DNA of 64,000 nucleotides, from NCBI GenBank assembly GCA_002269645.1, contig NIVC01000472.1:1-64000 (forward strand). The letters run 5' to 3'. The position numbers were made by a program, and so were the translations under genes. This document shows positions 25,988 to 43,689 of the stretch, one piece after another (the first letter of the stretch is position 1; each line of letters opens with the position of its first letter). The notes under the pieces were generated by a model. It worked only from the letters and a program-made list of their open reading frames with translations. It was not told the origin of the DNA and ran no database searches. Source of the DNA: Macrostomum lignano (Eukaryota).

Positions 25988-26525
25988 CGGGGTGCCCAAT
26001 AAGAGACAGGGGCGCCCACCAAGAGACAGGGGTGCCCACCAAGAGACAGGGGCGCCCACCAAGAGACAGAGACGCCCACCAAGAGACAGGGGCCCCACCA
26101 AGACGCCCACCAAGAGACAGGGGTGCCCACCAAGAGACAGGGGCGCCCACCAAGAGACAGGGGTGCCCACCAAGAGACAGGGGCGCCCACCAAGAGACAG
26201 GGGCGCCCACCAAGAGACAGGGGCGCCCACCAAGAGACAGGGGTGCCCACCAAGAGACAGGGGTGCCCACCAAGAGACAGGGGTGCCCACCAAGAGACAG
26301 GGGTGCCCACCAAGAGACAGGGGTGCCCACCAAGAGACAGGGGTGCCCACCAAGAGACAGGGAGCCCCACCAGGACGCCCACCAAGAGACAGGGGTGCCC
26401 ACCAAGAGACAGGGGCGCCCACCAAGAGACAGGGGCGGCCACCAAGAGACAGGGGCGCCCACCAGGACGCCCACCAAGAGACAGGGGAGGCCACCAGGAC
26501 GCCTACCAAGAGACAGGGGCACCCA
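25985..26525. repeat. 20-bp minisatellite (CCACCAAGAGACAGGGGYGC)
   Basis: Tandem units of the same family as 8375-8948, in the opposite orientation. Confidence 0.95.
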
Positions 26526-26905
26526 CGAAAAGCACTGAGCGTGCAAGTGCATGGCGCATTGTGCAGTCCACGCCAGGCTAGATTAGCTGGTGTTACAGTG
26601 TAGGTTGTTTTTACTTTGGTTTAAGTTATAAGAGCAATGTGCGCATCGAAAGCTCCTCGGGGTTTGGTCGCCTGTCTTTGGTGCGCTCGCTCTGTCTGGA
26701 AGGACTGTGGCTGTTTTGTCACGCTTGGTTGCTTTCCACTGTTTATTATTCCATTTATTAGCTGTATCATTCTTCTTGCGCCCCTTTATAATGCTGCAAT
26801 TAGTTTAAATCTGGCCCGGCTTGGCGCTCCCTGGCTTGTGTGGCAATAAAGTCTGCAGCCACTACATTTATAAGCTTGTACTATCGTGATACGAAAGGCC
26901 CACGG

Positions 26906-29796
26906 ATGATCAACGATACACCGTCTACTGAGCATCCGGCTGCAGCTTGGGCAGGTGAAAACATTGAACAAATTCTTGACATAATTTACCTGGCTAAGAG
27001 CTCAGCAGACCAGCAAGAGATACCAGCTGATGAATTGCGCAAAATTCAAGAGCGCGAGCTTCGGCCCATGTGGCTCGACCAAACCGATAATCCATTGTCC
27101 AACATGGCTAGAAATGCAGTTGCTGGGGACAATGCAGACTTGGACCGCACGCTGGCGTACCTGACCGACCAACAGACGAGTCTGCTGCTGCGCCATTGTA
27201 TCTTGCTTGGTCACCTGGCTTTGGCGCTTACCCTGCTGACTCGCGTGTCCGATGTCGACTGGAAGATGAGCAACAACGAAACGGCGCTTATGCTGGCTGC
27301 CGGCGCGGGACATCACGAGATCGTCACGGCGCTTCTCCATCGTGGCGCCTCAGTGGAAGCTGAGGACAGCGAAGGCTGGACCGCTCTGTCCAGGGCGTGT
27401 CGTGCCGGCCAGCTCAGAGTCATCAGGCTGCTGCTGGACGGAGGATCTGACGCGGACCACTTGGACCGGCTGGGCCGCTCGTGTCTGCAGCTGGCCGAGC
27501 AGTGCGGACACCAGCGACAGTTGCTGCGGCTGCTGTCGGAACAGAGTGCTGAGCAAGATGTTGGCACCGCGTCAGCCACTCTGGATGGCCAATCGATCGG
27601 CTCTCCGGTTGACAAGTAATGCCACATGTACATGTCCATGAGACGTTTTTCATGAACTCTGAGTGAATGTACGAGTTAGGCGCCTTGCTGCTGTAACGCA
27701 CTGAAACGAATTTATTGTCAATTAACGCCATCAAATCTTACATTTCTAGCCAATCGCTTGATGAAGAGCAAAGTCTGGAGTTGCACCAGTGGCTCAACAG
27801 TGCCGGGTTCACTTCCGAGCGAGCCCAATCTCTGCAGCGATTTGCAGACTTTATTCAACAAATGGCACGTGGAATGCTTCCGGAAAATTGGACAATGACA
27901 GGCAGTTATGCAGATGGCTGGGCCAACAGTCTGATTCAGGTGAACGGCAGGACGGGAGCAGATTCCGACATTGACTGGACAATCATAATGCCCCAAGTGT
28001 TTCATCTGGCAGGCGGCTGCCACTGCGAGGAACTGCGAGGAAACAAGCGACTTCAAGTAGTTCAAGGTCACGCTCAAGTGGAGGTCGGAACAGGTGATAG
28101 CCTCTGATCATGCTGATACCAGAAATTGAAGACGAAAACTTCGTTCCTCCCGGCATGGTCAGCAGGGCCAGCCATAGACTATGGCCATAGACATAGATCT
28201 CTAGTCGAGGATAGCTCTGCTGACCACGACCTTCGCACCTCGTCAATGTGCAGTCATAAAGTACAATTCAATACTTTTCTCTCACTGTTATTCAGGAAAT
28301 CAGCCAGCTGTGGCGGCGGCGGCCTGCGGAATGAGGCCAGCCCAGGACACCTGCTATGCCTTTGATTGCTGCAGCGGCTACTGTAAACAGGCGCTGATGG
28401 ATTTGCAGGAAATCACTCGAGAAGACAGCATCAGGGACTGTGTCCACCTTGTTAAAGCGACAAGACCGAACGCATCTAACGAGCTCAGAGTGAGCTTCAG
28501 CTTTGAAGAAAAGAAAATTCTACGTAAGATGAACTCCGTTCAGGGCCAGCTGTTTACTCTGTTAAAGTTCACGTTCAAGCGGTACCTGCCGGGGAATCTG
28601 GACACACCTGGACTCAAGACCTACAATGCGAAGACAATCATGTTCTTCATGCTGAAGCGGCACCACAGAGAAGAGGAAGCTGAGTGGCAGCCGAAGAATC
28701 TCATCAAGCTGCTCAAAGAATCGCTCGACATGATGCTGAGCTTCATCGAATCGAACAGCTCACCTGACGAGTGCATGCCTCACTTCTTCATGCCTGACGC
28801 GCCGCTCTACTTCAAGAATGCTGGACTTGGCGGCGACTTTGACAACACTAAGTCAATGGTTCGAGACCGATTGAGGCAGGTGAGAAGCAGCACCGAGGAC
28901 TTGTTTCAAGCTCTCCAGAAACTCATGCAACCACTGCAGTCGAAGAGCTTCTATTTCCATCCGTTCACTCTGCTCCCGTTGACTCAACCTTCAATTAAAA
29001 GAAAGATACACATCAGTGGTGGCTATCCACACTATGCGGATGTGTACGGTGTTATATGCTACTGTGTTAAGAAATTGCATTCGAAGAGTTGCGACAAGGA
29101 GGACCTCTTGAGCCAACTAAAACTGCTCGAGAGCCTGCCTTGGTGCAAGTCCGCTGTTATCTGCCTGACTGCCATGGCCCACTTGAAATTCAAGGATATT
29201 ACTTGTGCTGTCCAACTGATGAAGGAGCTCATTAGTCACAAAGTAATGAACGGACTCAAAATCGAGCACTGTGGACGGAGAAACAATTGCACAAAGTTTT
29301 TTCTTTGCTGCCAGTCTCACGGCTTGGACTGGGCGTGGAGGTTCTGCTTACCATGGACTGCAGTACCCGAGTTCCCTTTCCTGCCTGAGTTCACGAGTTC
29401 CCTGCTCACCGCCAGGATAGAGCACCCTCGCTCGTCTCACCTGTACCTGAACTTCCGCTGCCTGAGCTGGAGTCTGCAAGCTGAGCTGCTGGACAGGGGT
29501 TGACTGACACTGCCTCGTGGATGCCAGAGCTGCAGGACGACCCGGACTTGGAGGAGCTGCTCACTCTGGCTCACTACAGCGACAGTAGAGAGCAGGTGGA
29601 GTTCAGTCTACGCCAAATGGAAATGGTCCGAGACGAAAGACGCGTTGCCATGGAGAAGCAGGACTATGAGAAGATTGAAACGGTCAAAAATAAGTTAAAA
29701 AGCTTGACTGGCGACGAGAAGAATTCACCTGCTTGGAGCGCGACAAGCCAGAACAGCTCACAAGCTAGACCTGAGCGCTGTTGCTTTTGCTGTTGA
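26906..29796 (+). CDS. Ankyrin-repeat + Mab21/cGAS-like nucleotidyltransferase (cGLR-like)
   Basis: Exons 26906-27615, 27750-28093 and 28296-29503 join through phase-2 and phase-1 GT-AG introns. Ankyrin motifs are ETALMLAAGAGHHEIVTALLHRGA and WTALSRACRAGQLRVIRLLLDGG. NTase signatures are GSYADG...DSDID and RDCVHLV. The Mab21 C-lobe shows RVSFSFEEK, LLK, KTYNAKTIMF, W.PKNL and PHFFMP. A probable extra C-terminal part (29500-29796) lies in the -1 frame. Confidence 0.88.
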
Positions 29797-30139
29797 TAAA
29801 TAAAACTCCGGATTTTTACTGAAGGTGAAGAATGAAGAGTAACTGCAATTAATTCTCTGTTTGTATAGCGTTTGTAAAATCCAATTATTGCATAATCAAA
29901 CGTCACATTGTGTAGAGTAAGAGAGCCTCGTATAGCTATTTAAATTTTATGCTTAGCTATTGAAAATTTATACTCGTATTTTTAAATAAAACATGATTAT
30001 TTTGGAATAAAATATTTTTTCAAACTAATAACTAATAACTAATAACCAACTAATTGGCTTGTGCTTTTTAAGTGGTTAAATTTTGAGTCCCAAAATCAAT
30101 AGGAATAGCCTCGCTAGTTTGGTAGCCGCATTTGGCGAA

Positions 30140-34414
<4,275 letters not shown>

Positions 34415-36289
34415 CTTCAATTTCTGTTGAAACAATTAGAATCTAAAAATTTTTAGTTCAAAAAATTGCCGCTAAAAATCCTAAAAAAACTTTTTTTTTA
34501 GTTGGCTTACCTGATCAATGGACAGAATTTGTACCGATTAAAAACGTAGAGTAGGAATATTTGCTTTTTTGCAAGCCTAAATCTTATATACTAAAAATCT
34601 TAAGCCTAAAGGTCTTTCTTATCGAATGGACTAATGGACTTATACCCAGATAGACTGGACGATCTTCATTTGGCAGAGAAAGCAAATGTCAATTCCAGTA
34701 CACACTCGGTGCTCTGAAAAACTTTAGTTAGCACGAGTTGAACGAGTGACACGACAGTGCCCACCGTTATCGCAATCAGGCAGCCGAAGCAACTGACTAT
34801 AGCTTACCCAGTCCACACAGCACAGACACTGTACTGCCAGTTCACTTTGAGGCAAGAAGTGCAAGACAGTCAGTTATCGCAAATGTCAATCCTCGACTTG
34901 ATTTAAAGTTCAAACTTATAGCTGGATAATTGCCTATGTCACGTGTGGTACGGCCGTTGTCTTGGAAAATACTTATTTTTGTGTTTGCACCAACGGCCAA
35001 CGTCCATCTAGCTGATACGCGTGTTTTAGCTACTGTTGTTTAATGAGTACATCAATATTTAAAAGTAATTGAGAAGTTAGGCTATATTTTCTGACTAATT
35101 TAATGAATGTGCGTACCTCACGAATACGACAAAAACTATGCCAATCAAATAATTGCCAACGTGTTTTGATGCTCTTTTCCAGTCATGCAAAAATGAGTCT
35201 TCACAGTCACAGATCGTCTTTTTGGCCACTCATGTCCAATGCAACAAAATTTACTAAATTTAAAAACACCACACTCCCTCTGGAGTGAGACACCACAACT
35301 TTAAATTTGCGCACTCACCTCTCACTTACGTAAAAGAGGGGTGGGTGCTGAGCACACGCGTACATGACTCAAAACTGGGGGTTGGGCGCTACAAATGTAC
35401 GGTACAAGATCGGTACAAAGCAAACAAAATATTCTAAATATTTTAAATAAAAGTAAATAAATATAACGTGTATTTTATGTAGTACATGGGTCGATTCCAA
35501 GTGCAGTCAGATTAATTTGTAAATAAGTATATTTTTATTTATTTATTTAGTCAACTTGACATACCTTCCAATTCCGAACTGCTTAAAAGTCAGGATTCCC
35601 GTCCGGAAAGCTAATTAAAAGAAACACTCATGTTAGTAACTTTTTGTGTATAATTATGCTCTAATTTTTTTAAAACTACTCTTTGTCTACTGTGTTAGTA
35701 GTATTCTTCTGTTTTTATGGTAGAAGTCCAACATTAGTCATATTCAAATAAGAATTCAACAAAGCAAAGTACATGTCAATTTGCAAAGACCAATTTTACT
35801 AAATTGGTACAAAAGTTTTATAGAAAAGTGGTGATTTTTTAAGAAAATCAGATTAGATAAATTTAAAAGTTGGTGTATTTGTAGTTAAAAAATCGATAGG
35901 GTTTAAACTGCGTTTTAGTTAAAATAAAAAAACTGGGAATGAGAGGGTTAAGCAAAAAATATCTGGGTAAAATTCAACACGGTTTTGTGACAATGTCACC
36001 AGGGTTCTTATGTCGCCAAACAGCCCCCCCCCCTACATCTTTTGTTTAATTTTTTGTTGACTTTTTATTCGGCGCTGTAGTTTGTTATAATTAAAAAAAT
36101 ATTAGAAGCAAAATAATATGAATATGGCAATCATATAATATATTATTACTAATTATTTCAAGTTCTTTTATAGCTAATATTTCGGTTATAGCGTCAATTC
36201 TGTGAAGAAGTGTTAGCACACGGTACATTTAAATTTTGTAATCAGTCTCTAAATAAGCAAACAGGCAGGGCAGGATTGGCACATTTCGG

Positions 36290-39200
36290 TCACTCGTCCT
36301 TCCCATTGGCTAGAAAAGTACTCAATGAGTCATCCATGGCGCTCATGAAAGGCGTGGTTGGAGGTGCGGCCAGTTTCCCGGTGAACTTGCTGACATACTG
36401 ACCGTCTCTGTAGGTGGTGATGTCCTCATCTCGACTATCGAACCACTTGTAGAACAGCTGGGACGCGTCAAGGTCGAAGCCATAATTAGCCTGTTTGGCC
36501 AGCCCAACCGTGTAATCCGTCTGAAGATCGACAGCTTCTTGGTGGCTTTTCAGCGCTGCCTCTCTGAAAAATGAAAGTTAACCAATTAAAATTCCAACAA
36601 CTGAGCGCATAAAAACGGGTGGACGTGTTGTACCCAAGCACGCACTCATACACTTCCTTCATGCTCACCGCTCCAGCCAAGGTTTCGTGTCGGCGTCCAT
36701 CTCGGCAGAACTTGGCAGCTGGATGCCGCCAGTCAGGTAACGAACTGTCCACAGCGCCTGTGCATCGAACATTGGGAAGCTGTAGAATTGGTTCTGAGCT
36801 CCCACATACATCAGGCGGTTGTTGCCACCAGCGAGCCAAATGATGCCTTTGTACAGTCCGGCCGGGTACAAAAGGTTCGGACCGCGAAGTCGCAGTTGCT
36901 CGGCCAGGTACGGGTAGTGATGCAGGTAGCCGGTGGCCAGAATGATGCAATCGATCTAAATTTAGGGGAACATGACAATTAGAAGGTCAGACCATTCATT
37001 TTAGGAACCGATAGAATTCATTGATCATTTGTTCGAGTCCATTTCTCTGACACAATTTTTAGGAAGTTATATTTGAAAAGTGCATTATTTGTTATAGTGA
37101 AACAACAGAAGTACATATAATTATCAAATAATGTCTGAGCCACTTTTTCAACTGCAAAATAAGACAATACAAGACTTCCAAGAAGCATATTGACAACCTT
37201 TTCCACCGAGCCATCAGCGAATCGAGCCCAGCCTTCTGTGCCTCCGCCGTCGCTTGGACCGACCTCCGTCACCAGGGGTCGCTCGGACACGCTTTCCGGC
37301 CAGCGAAATCCTAGCGGGTTGGTGCGGTAGCTGCTGATCACCCTGGAGGCGCCGAACTTGACTGACTGCAGCACCGAGTCCTCAGCTGAGTAGCTGGAGC
37401 CGACAACCAGCACCCGCTTGCCGGCGAATTCTCGCCAGCTGCGCAGGTCGTGCGTGTGCACCACGCGTCCTGGGAAGCGCTCGATGCCTGGATTAGATGG
37501 TCAATTATAGATAATTGAGAGGTTTTCTACAGATTCTCCATTCTAATTAAGATAAAATGTACTTTTAAACTAATTGAGCTGGGTTGTTTCGCGACTGTTT
37601 TTTCCTGCAGCCGTTGCAGGTACCCTAGCCTGTAGGTCATTGCGCCAACTGTAGCTGGAGCCCCGCAAAAAGCTGGAGCACAATGGAAGATATTCAGGCC
37701 GCACATTCATTTACACTACTAGACCCAGGTGAGTTAGCCCAATGCTTACTGCAGCAGAAAAGTAAGTATTGCTTTCCGATTTTTTTATTGCGTTGAGTTC
37801 CAACGCAGAGCTGCATATGGTGTAAGACTGTTTAGCTACTCACTGTGGCCGAGATCAGTAGCTAATAGACAAAGGCACTTCTTTCATTTCACTTAGTCGT
37901 TGGCCAGAGCAAGACAACGCGGGGCCATAAATTATATTTTATTGTTGAACAAACAGCCCGCTATAGCTTCAAGTGTCAGCCTGAAGGTAGACAGCACAAT
38001 AAAGCGTCTGAATAAAAAAATGAAATCATTCTTTGAAGGAGGGTTCGCTTACACAATCAAGTGAAGAGGCTGAGAGATTTAAAGCTGAGCTCTACGCTAA
38101 AATGACGCGTGGACGAGGCGCCAGCACCAGGGGCTTTAGCACCAGGGGCTTTAGCACCAGGGGCTTTAGCACCAGGGGCTTTAGCACCAGGGGCTTTAGC
38201 ACCAGGGGCTTTAGCACCAGGGGCTTTAGCACCAGGGGCTTTAGCACCAGGGGCTTTAGCACCAGGGGCTTTAGCACCAGGGGCTTTAGCACCAGGGGCT
38301 TTAGCACCAGGGGCTTTAGCACCAGGGGCTTTAGCACCAGGGGCTTTAGCACCAGGGGCTTTAGCACCAGGGGCTTTAGCACCAGGGGCTTTAGCACCAG
38401 GGGCTTTAGCACCAGGGGCTTTAGCACCAGGGGCTTTAGCACCAGGGGCTTTAGCACCAGGGGCTTTAGCACCAGGGGCTTTAGCACCAGGGGCTTTAGC
38501 ACCAGGGGCTTTAGCACCAGGGGCTTTAGCACCAGGGGCTTTAGCACCAGGGGCTTTAGCACCAGGGGCTTTAGCACCAGGGGCTTTAGCACCAGGGGCT
38601 TTAGCACCAGGGGCTTTAGCATCAGGGGTGCCAGCACCAGGGGCTTTAGCATCAGGGGCTTTAGCATCAGGGGTGCCAGCACCAGGGGCGCCAGCACCAG
38701 GGGCGCCAGCACCAGGGGCGCCAGCACCAGGGGCACCAGCACCAGGGGCGCCAGCACCAGGGGCGCCAGCACCAGGGGCGCCAGCACCAAGGGGCGCCAG
38801 CACCAGGGGCGCCAGCACCAGGGGCGCCAGCACCAGGGGCGCCAGCACCAGGGGCGCCAGCACCAGGGGCGCCAGCACCAGGGGCGCCAGCACCAGGGGC
38901 GCCAGCACCAGGGGCGCCAGCACCAGGGGCGCCAGCACCAGGGGCGCCAGCACCAGGGGCGCCAGCACCAGGGGCGCCAGCACCAGGGGCGCCAGCACCA
39001 GGGGCGCCAGCACCAGGGGCGCCAGCACCAGGGGCGCCAGCACCAGGGGCGCCAGCACCAGGGGCGCCAGCACCAGGGGCGCCAGCACCAGGGGCGCCAG
39101 CACCAGGGGCGCCAGCACCAGGGGCGCCAGCACCAGGGGCGCCAGCACCAGGGGCGCCAGCACCAGGGGCGCCAGCACCAGGGGCGCCAGCACCAGGGGC

Positions 39201-40380
39201 GCCAGCACCAGGGGCGCCAGCACCAGGGGCGCCAGCACCAGGGGCGCCAGCACCAGGGGCGCCAGCACCAGGGGCGCCAGCACCAGGGGCGCCAGCACCA
39301 GGGGCGCCAGCACCAGGGGCGCCAGCACAGGTTAACTCGGGGATAAAATATTGTATCTGTTGGATTTCGAAGCGCACCCCAGAGACTAGAGTCATCCTAC
39401 CTTTGAAGTAGGGCACATTAGGGTTGGAGAAGTGCCCGCTGCAGTTGACAACGTAGTCAAACTCTTTTGGATCAAGTACACGGTTTTGCTCCAGGTCCTT
39501 CACCAGCACACTGAACTTCTCCTTGGCTGGGTCGAAAGTCACGCTTTGAACCGAGTGTAGCAGAGTCACCTTGGGCTTCAGGTTGTACTGGTTCCAGCGG
39601 CCTGAAATTTGACAAGAAATTTCAATTAATTTAGTGTGTAATAACGTTTAAAGGTGATCTTTTAATACGCTGATACTGAATGAGCTCCGATACTTTCTAG
39701 GGCTGTAGGGTAAATTTAAACAAAAAAGCTCTCAAACTTTAAGAGTAAAAATGTCTAAGTCACACCTGCCGCAGGAAAATAACAATTATCATTAGATGGT
39801 TTAAACAAGCGCGCCAATACTGTACGCAGGCACGAACTCATACACACGCTCACACAGGGCGACCCAAAGCCAAACACGTCAGCGACTGAACTGCTTTGCC
39901 CCATTAACAAGTAGTAGAATACAAAATTGCAAAATTACAACCGGTTGAAAACCACTCAACTTCAACGTACCAGACAGATAGTCCCTAATCGCTTCTCTCG
40001 GCAGAAACGATGGTGTCTTACGACCGAAGTGCTGCTCAAAAGTATAGTCGGGATATTCAATAGTCTCCTTGGGGTTGTTGGACCACAGGCTGCGGTACAT
40101 GCTGCCGTGAACGGTTTCACCGTATTCGTCAGTGCCTGCAAAGGTTGAAACACTTGCGGTTGTATAGCACTGAAATAAAGTACATGTGGACCTACGCACC
40201 AGTTCTCCAGGTGTAGTTCCACAGACCGCTCCAGTCGTTCTGTTTCTCAAAGCAGGCCACCTGAGGCATTTCTCCAACAGCCCTGCCGCCTTGAAGCCGC
40301 AGCTTCTCCAGGTGGTAGAGCACCGACATTCCCGAGGGTCCGGCCCCGATAACGCAAAGTGATCTTTTGGCTGCCTGCAT
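36290..40380 (-). CDS. Flavin-containing monooxygenase, Tmm/mFMO-like, copy 2
   Basis: Six exons: 40380-40200, 40135-39971, 39601-39401, 37487-37198, 36955-36669 and 36563-36290. Intron positions and phases match copy 1, with the same motifs (WSNNPKE, GSSYSAED). Confidence 0.93.
38109..39329. repeat. 15-bp minisatellite in two blocks (GGCTTTAGCACCAGG then GGCGCCAGCACCAGG) in FMO copy 2 intron 3
   Basis: About 80 near-perfect units. It explains the RGFST, GRQHQ and GAPGA pseudo-ORFs. Confidence 0.97.
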
Positions 40381-41876
40381 CTTCTCTTTGTCTTTTTCCG
40401 AAAATAACAAGCTTAAATGAAACCCGTGGCATTGTGTTTTATTTTTATCCCGATGCTGCACCAAAAAAGTTGATAAAAAGTTAACGAGACAATTTAATAA
40501 TTTTTTTTTTCGATCAAGTCAAAAAACGCATTGTTTATCTTTTACAAAAAACGGAAGCAGCTTTTATATATCAAATTAAAATTAAAAACAAAAAATACAG
40601 TAAAAATTATTTTAGCAAAACTTATTGGTCAAAAATTGATTCGATGGTAGCTAAATTTTGCAGATAAAACAAAATTTATATTAATGGTCTTTGGGTGTTT
40701 TTCTTAATACGACAAAATCTATCATACAAGCGTATTAACAGTAAACGATAAGAATATATAAGTAGTTTTCGCTGCATTAAGAATAAATATTTAAGTAGAC
40801 TTATAACTGGAAAAGTAGAAAACGATTCATTCCATTGCATTAGAAAAATCGTGATATTTTATTTCAAAAAAATTATTTTAGAAAAAAATAATTTACCGCC
40901 ATTTTTGCATGCGCAATTTAACGATCGTCGTCTTATTTTTACAATGTAAAATGCGCCGCCTACAGCGAACAATATACCAGCTGGTACAAGCACAACGTGT
41001 GCACACAGATCAGACCACACTTAAGGGATTTTTACATCTGAAGTTGCTGATTTATACAAATACACGTATATTATAGCTACAGCTAAATTGAATAAATGGT
41101 ACTTAATGAGTAAAGATCTAAAGGCCAAAGGTTTTTCTACTCAATAGTTTTTGTCCGAGACGGGCTTAAACAAAAAAACGTTAAAAGTAAATTTTGTCAA
41201 TTTTTTGCAAATCTATTGCATAAAACATTTGCTATTTTTTAGCTTCTACCATTCCTGCTAACCTATTTTTTACACTTATCAGGTCAGTCTGACCCTGTGT
41301 GCTATCTGTGCATCGGCTTAGTATTTTTCGCTTAGCTAATTAAAATACGAGTTTGCGCAGTAAAGTGCTAATTAACTTTGCTAAATAAATTAAAGCCAAC
41401 GCCTAAGGTTCTAGAAAAAGTGGATAAAATAAATGCCTTTAGATTATACAAGGGGCCTATAGAATTTGATATTTAGACTTATTCAACATGAAAATAAAAT
41501 CTAGCTTTAAAAAGTACGATCTATTGAATTTAATTCTCACGAGACTTTTCTCTCATGAACTAACCTGAACTCAGTTCAGCAGACTGCTACTAGTGTGTTC
41601 AGTTCAGCTTAGGTTTAAAATGCCACGTGACATTAAGACAATTTAAAAAAAAAATCTTGTCTTTTTCAAATTTATTGCACTTAATTCTTACAATATAATA
41701 GTCAAATTTCATGCAGAACCCTGCAGTTGCTCAAAATGGCACCTGCAATGAGCTGCGCAGTTTCAATAAGGATAAGTCAATATATATGCAGCTTGTGTAG
41801 GGCCGAGCTAAGCAGCACTTCTAAACAGTTTAAAAAAATATTCAGTTAGTCTGTAGCCCTGTAATATAGCCTCTCG

Positions 41877-43139
41877 ATGATTCCGGTGAGTTTTCCTGCA
41901 GCTTATACAACCATTTTTAATAGCTAAAATTAGTTGCTTTGGCTAATTGAAAAGAAGCCAACGTCCAATTGACCCACTTATTGAGCCTCAAACTGGCTTG
42001 TATGTACATTCCGCAACATGTTCATGTGTGCACCCCGAAACTACAGTGACCAAAGAGTGGCAGCTTTTAATCCAACTCATAGTCGTAATCTAACTTTCAT
42101 TCAGTACAGCTCTTCTTGCGATACCTAGTGAAATCAGTAAACAAAGCCGATTGCAAACGTTACATTCAGACCGAGAAAAATGGATCGAGAGGGTGGGAGA
42201 GACTAGAAAGAGTGAATCGAGTGCACAAAAATACTCATAAAAATATTCATTGCTTGTCTACTCGGCTCTGTGAAATTGCAGTTACATGCACTGGCAGCAG
42301 GCGTCCTGTGCGCTGCCCTGGCACTATGCGCAAGCGCCAATGAAGACCTGATGCACCGGCGCTGCTCTGCCCAGTGGACTCTGGTGGCCACGCACCAGAA
42401 CTGGAGCCCGAAACCAACTGAGAAATCGTTTCACTATCAAGTGGGCGCGCACAAGCTTCAAAACTCCCGGAACTTACTGAAGTCCATTCTAGTGACAGTC
42501 AAAGACGATGGGATGCGATTCCCATCTACAGCTGCCGGCATAGGTACTCCGAGTACTAAATATGGCACTTTTAAAGTTCCAGCCTATGCGACCGTCAATG
42601 TTTGGCAGCTGGTTGCTCGAACAGGCAGCGAGGTTGCGAGCCTTGAGAAAACGATCGCTCTCAGAGATCAACGAAAGCCGTATTCAGTAGTATCTTGCCA
42701 AGTCACTTACCAGCTGCCGCAGCGCATCACTGGCAACACCTGGGTGCAGCTCAGGCACGACGGCACCGGAAAGTACTTGACAACCACCAACAGAAAGGGT
42801 TGGGACGCTGGGACGCTGAGCTCAAGCAAGAACAACAAGTTTAGATTCGAGGAGATCAGATCGGGTGTCTACAGAATAGTTGCCGACTCAGTCCGTTTCT
42901 CTGGATACAATTACCTGTACTCCTCCTTTGCCGGGGGCATCTATTTGGATGATAGCGACACCTCAAACGGGAAGCAGCTCTGGACGCTGAGCACCAGCGA
43001 CCTGAGAGCCGGAGACTCCATCGCCATCGAGAATGTGTACTACCCCGGTGCCTACATGATCAGGTACGAAGGCTCAACTACCAATGTGTTCTGCGAGTAC
43101 ACGAGCCACCCAGACTATTGGACTGTTGAACTGGCCTGA
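41877..43139 (+). CDS. Secreted lysenin-like protein 1 (aerolysin-type N-module + beta-trefoil)
   Basis: Micro-exon ATGATTCCG (41877-41885, gtgagt donor) splices in phase 0 to 42282-43139, giving signal peptide MIPLHALAAGVLCAALALCASA. C-terminal RKGWDAGTL, FSGYNYLYSSFAGGIYLD, KQLW, LRAGD and TNVFC match lysenin as I recall it (RKSWPAATL, YSGYEYAYSSDQGGIYFD, KQRW, LRHGD, TNVYC). Confidence 0.85.
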
Positions 43140-43689
43140 TCCAACAATTACTGAATTAACGAATTAACAATCGTACACAACACGGGCTGAATTCTAATAT
43201 GGTCGATTTTCCTAGATTTTTATTTTATAGAATCTTTAGGCAAAATAATTAGTAATATCTACAAAGACGTTCGAACCTTTTTCTGAAACTCTACCGGATT
43301 ATTTTTGTTTCATCCAAATAGCATACGTTGCAGGTACAGAAATTATTTGCTTCACCCTCACTGTTCGAATAACCAAATAAATGAGCAATTTAAAACCGCT
43401 ATGGATGTTTGGCGTAACCGAAACAAAACGCTGCATGTCTTGTCTTCCACTTTTCAGTAGAGAGAATGGGAAATTTCCGTCAGATCCTACGGCGCAGCTG
43501 CATCAGCGGTTTCGCTCTTAAATGAGTCGCCATCTGAGAGTTTGACAGGCAATTTTGTTGCTGAGTTCGTTCGGCCTTCGTTAACTACTTTTCCCAGAAG
43601 TGCACCATGTGACACTGACTTCTCAAGACCCTGACGAGTATTTTTTTGTTGTTGTTGAAAGCAAGCTAAAACTCAGTCAACAAGGCTGT

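Noticed and set aside
38033-39569. Collagen/elastin-like GAP and RGFST ORFs
   Set aside because: These come from a 15-bp array open in several frames on both strands, inside FMO intron 3.
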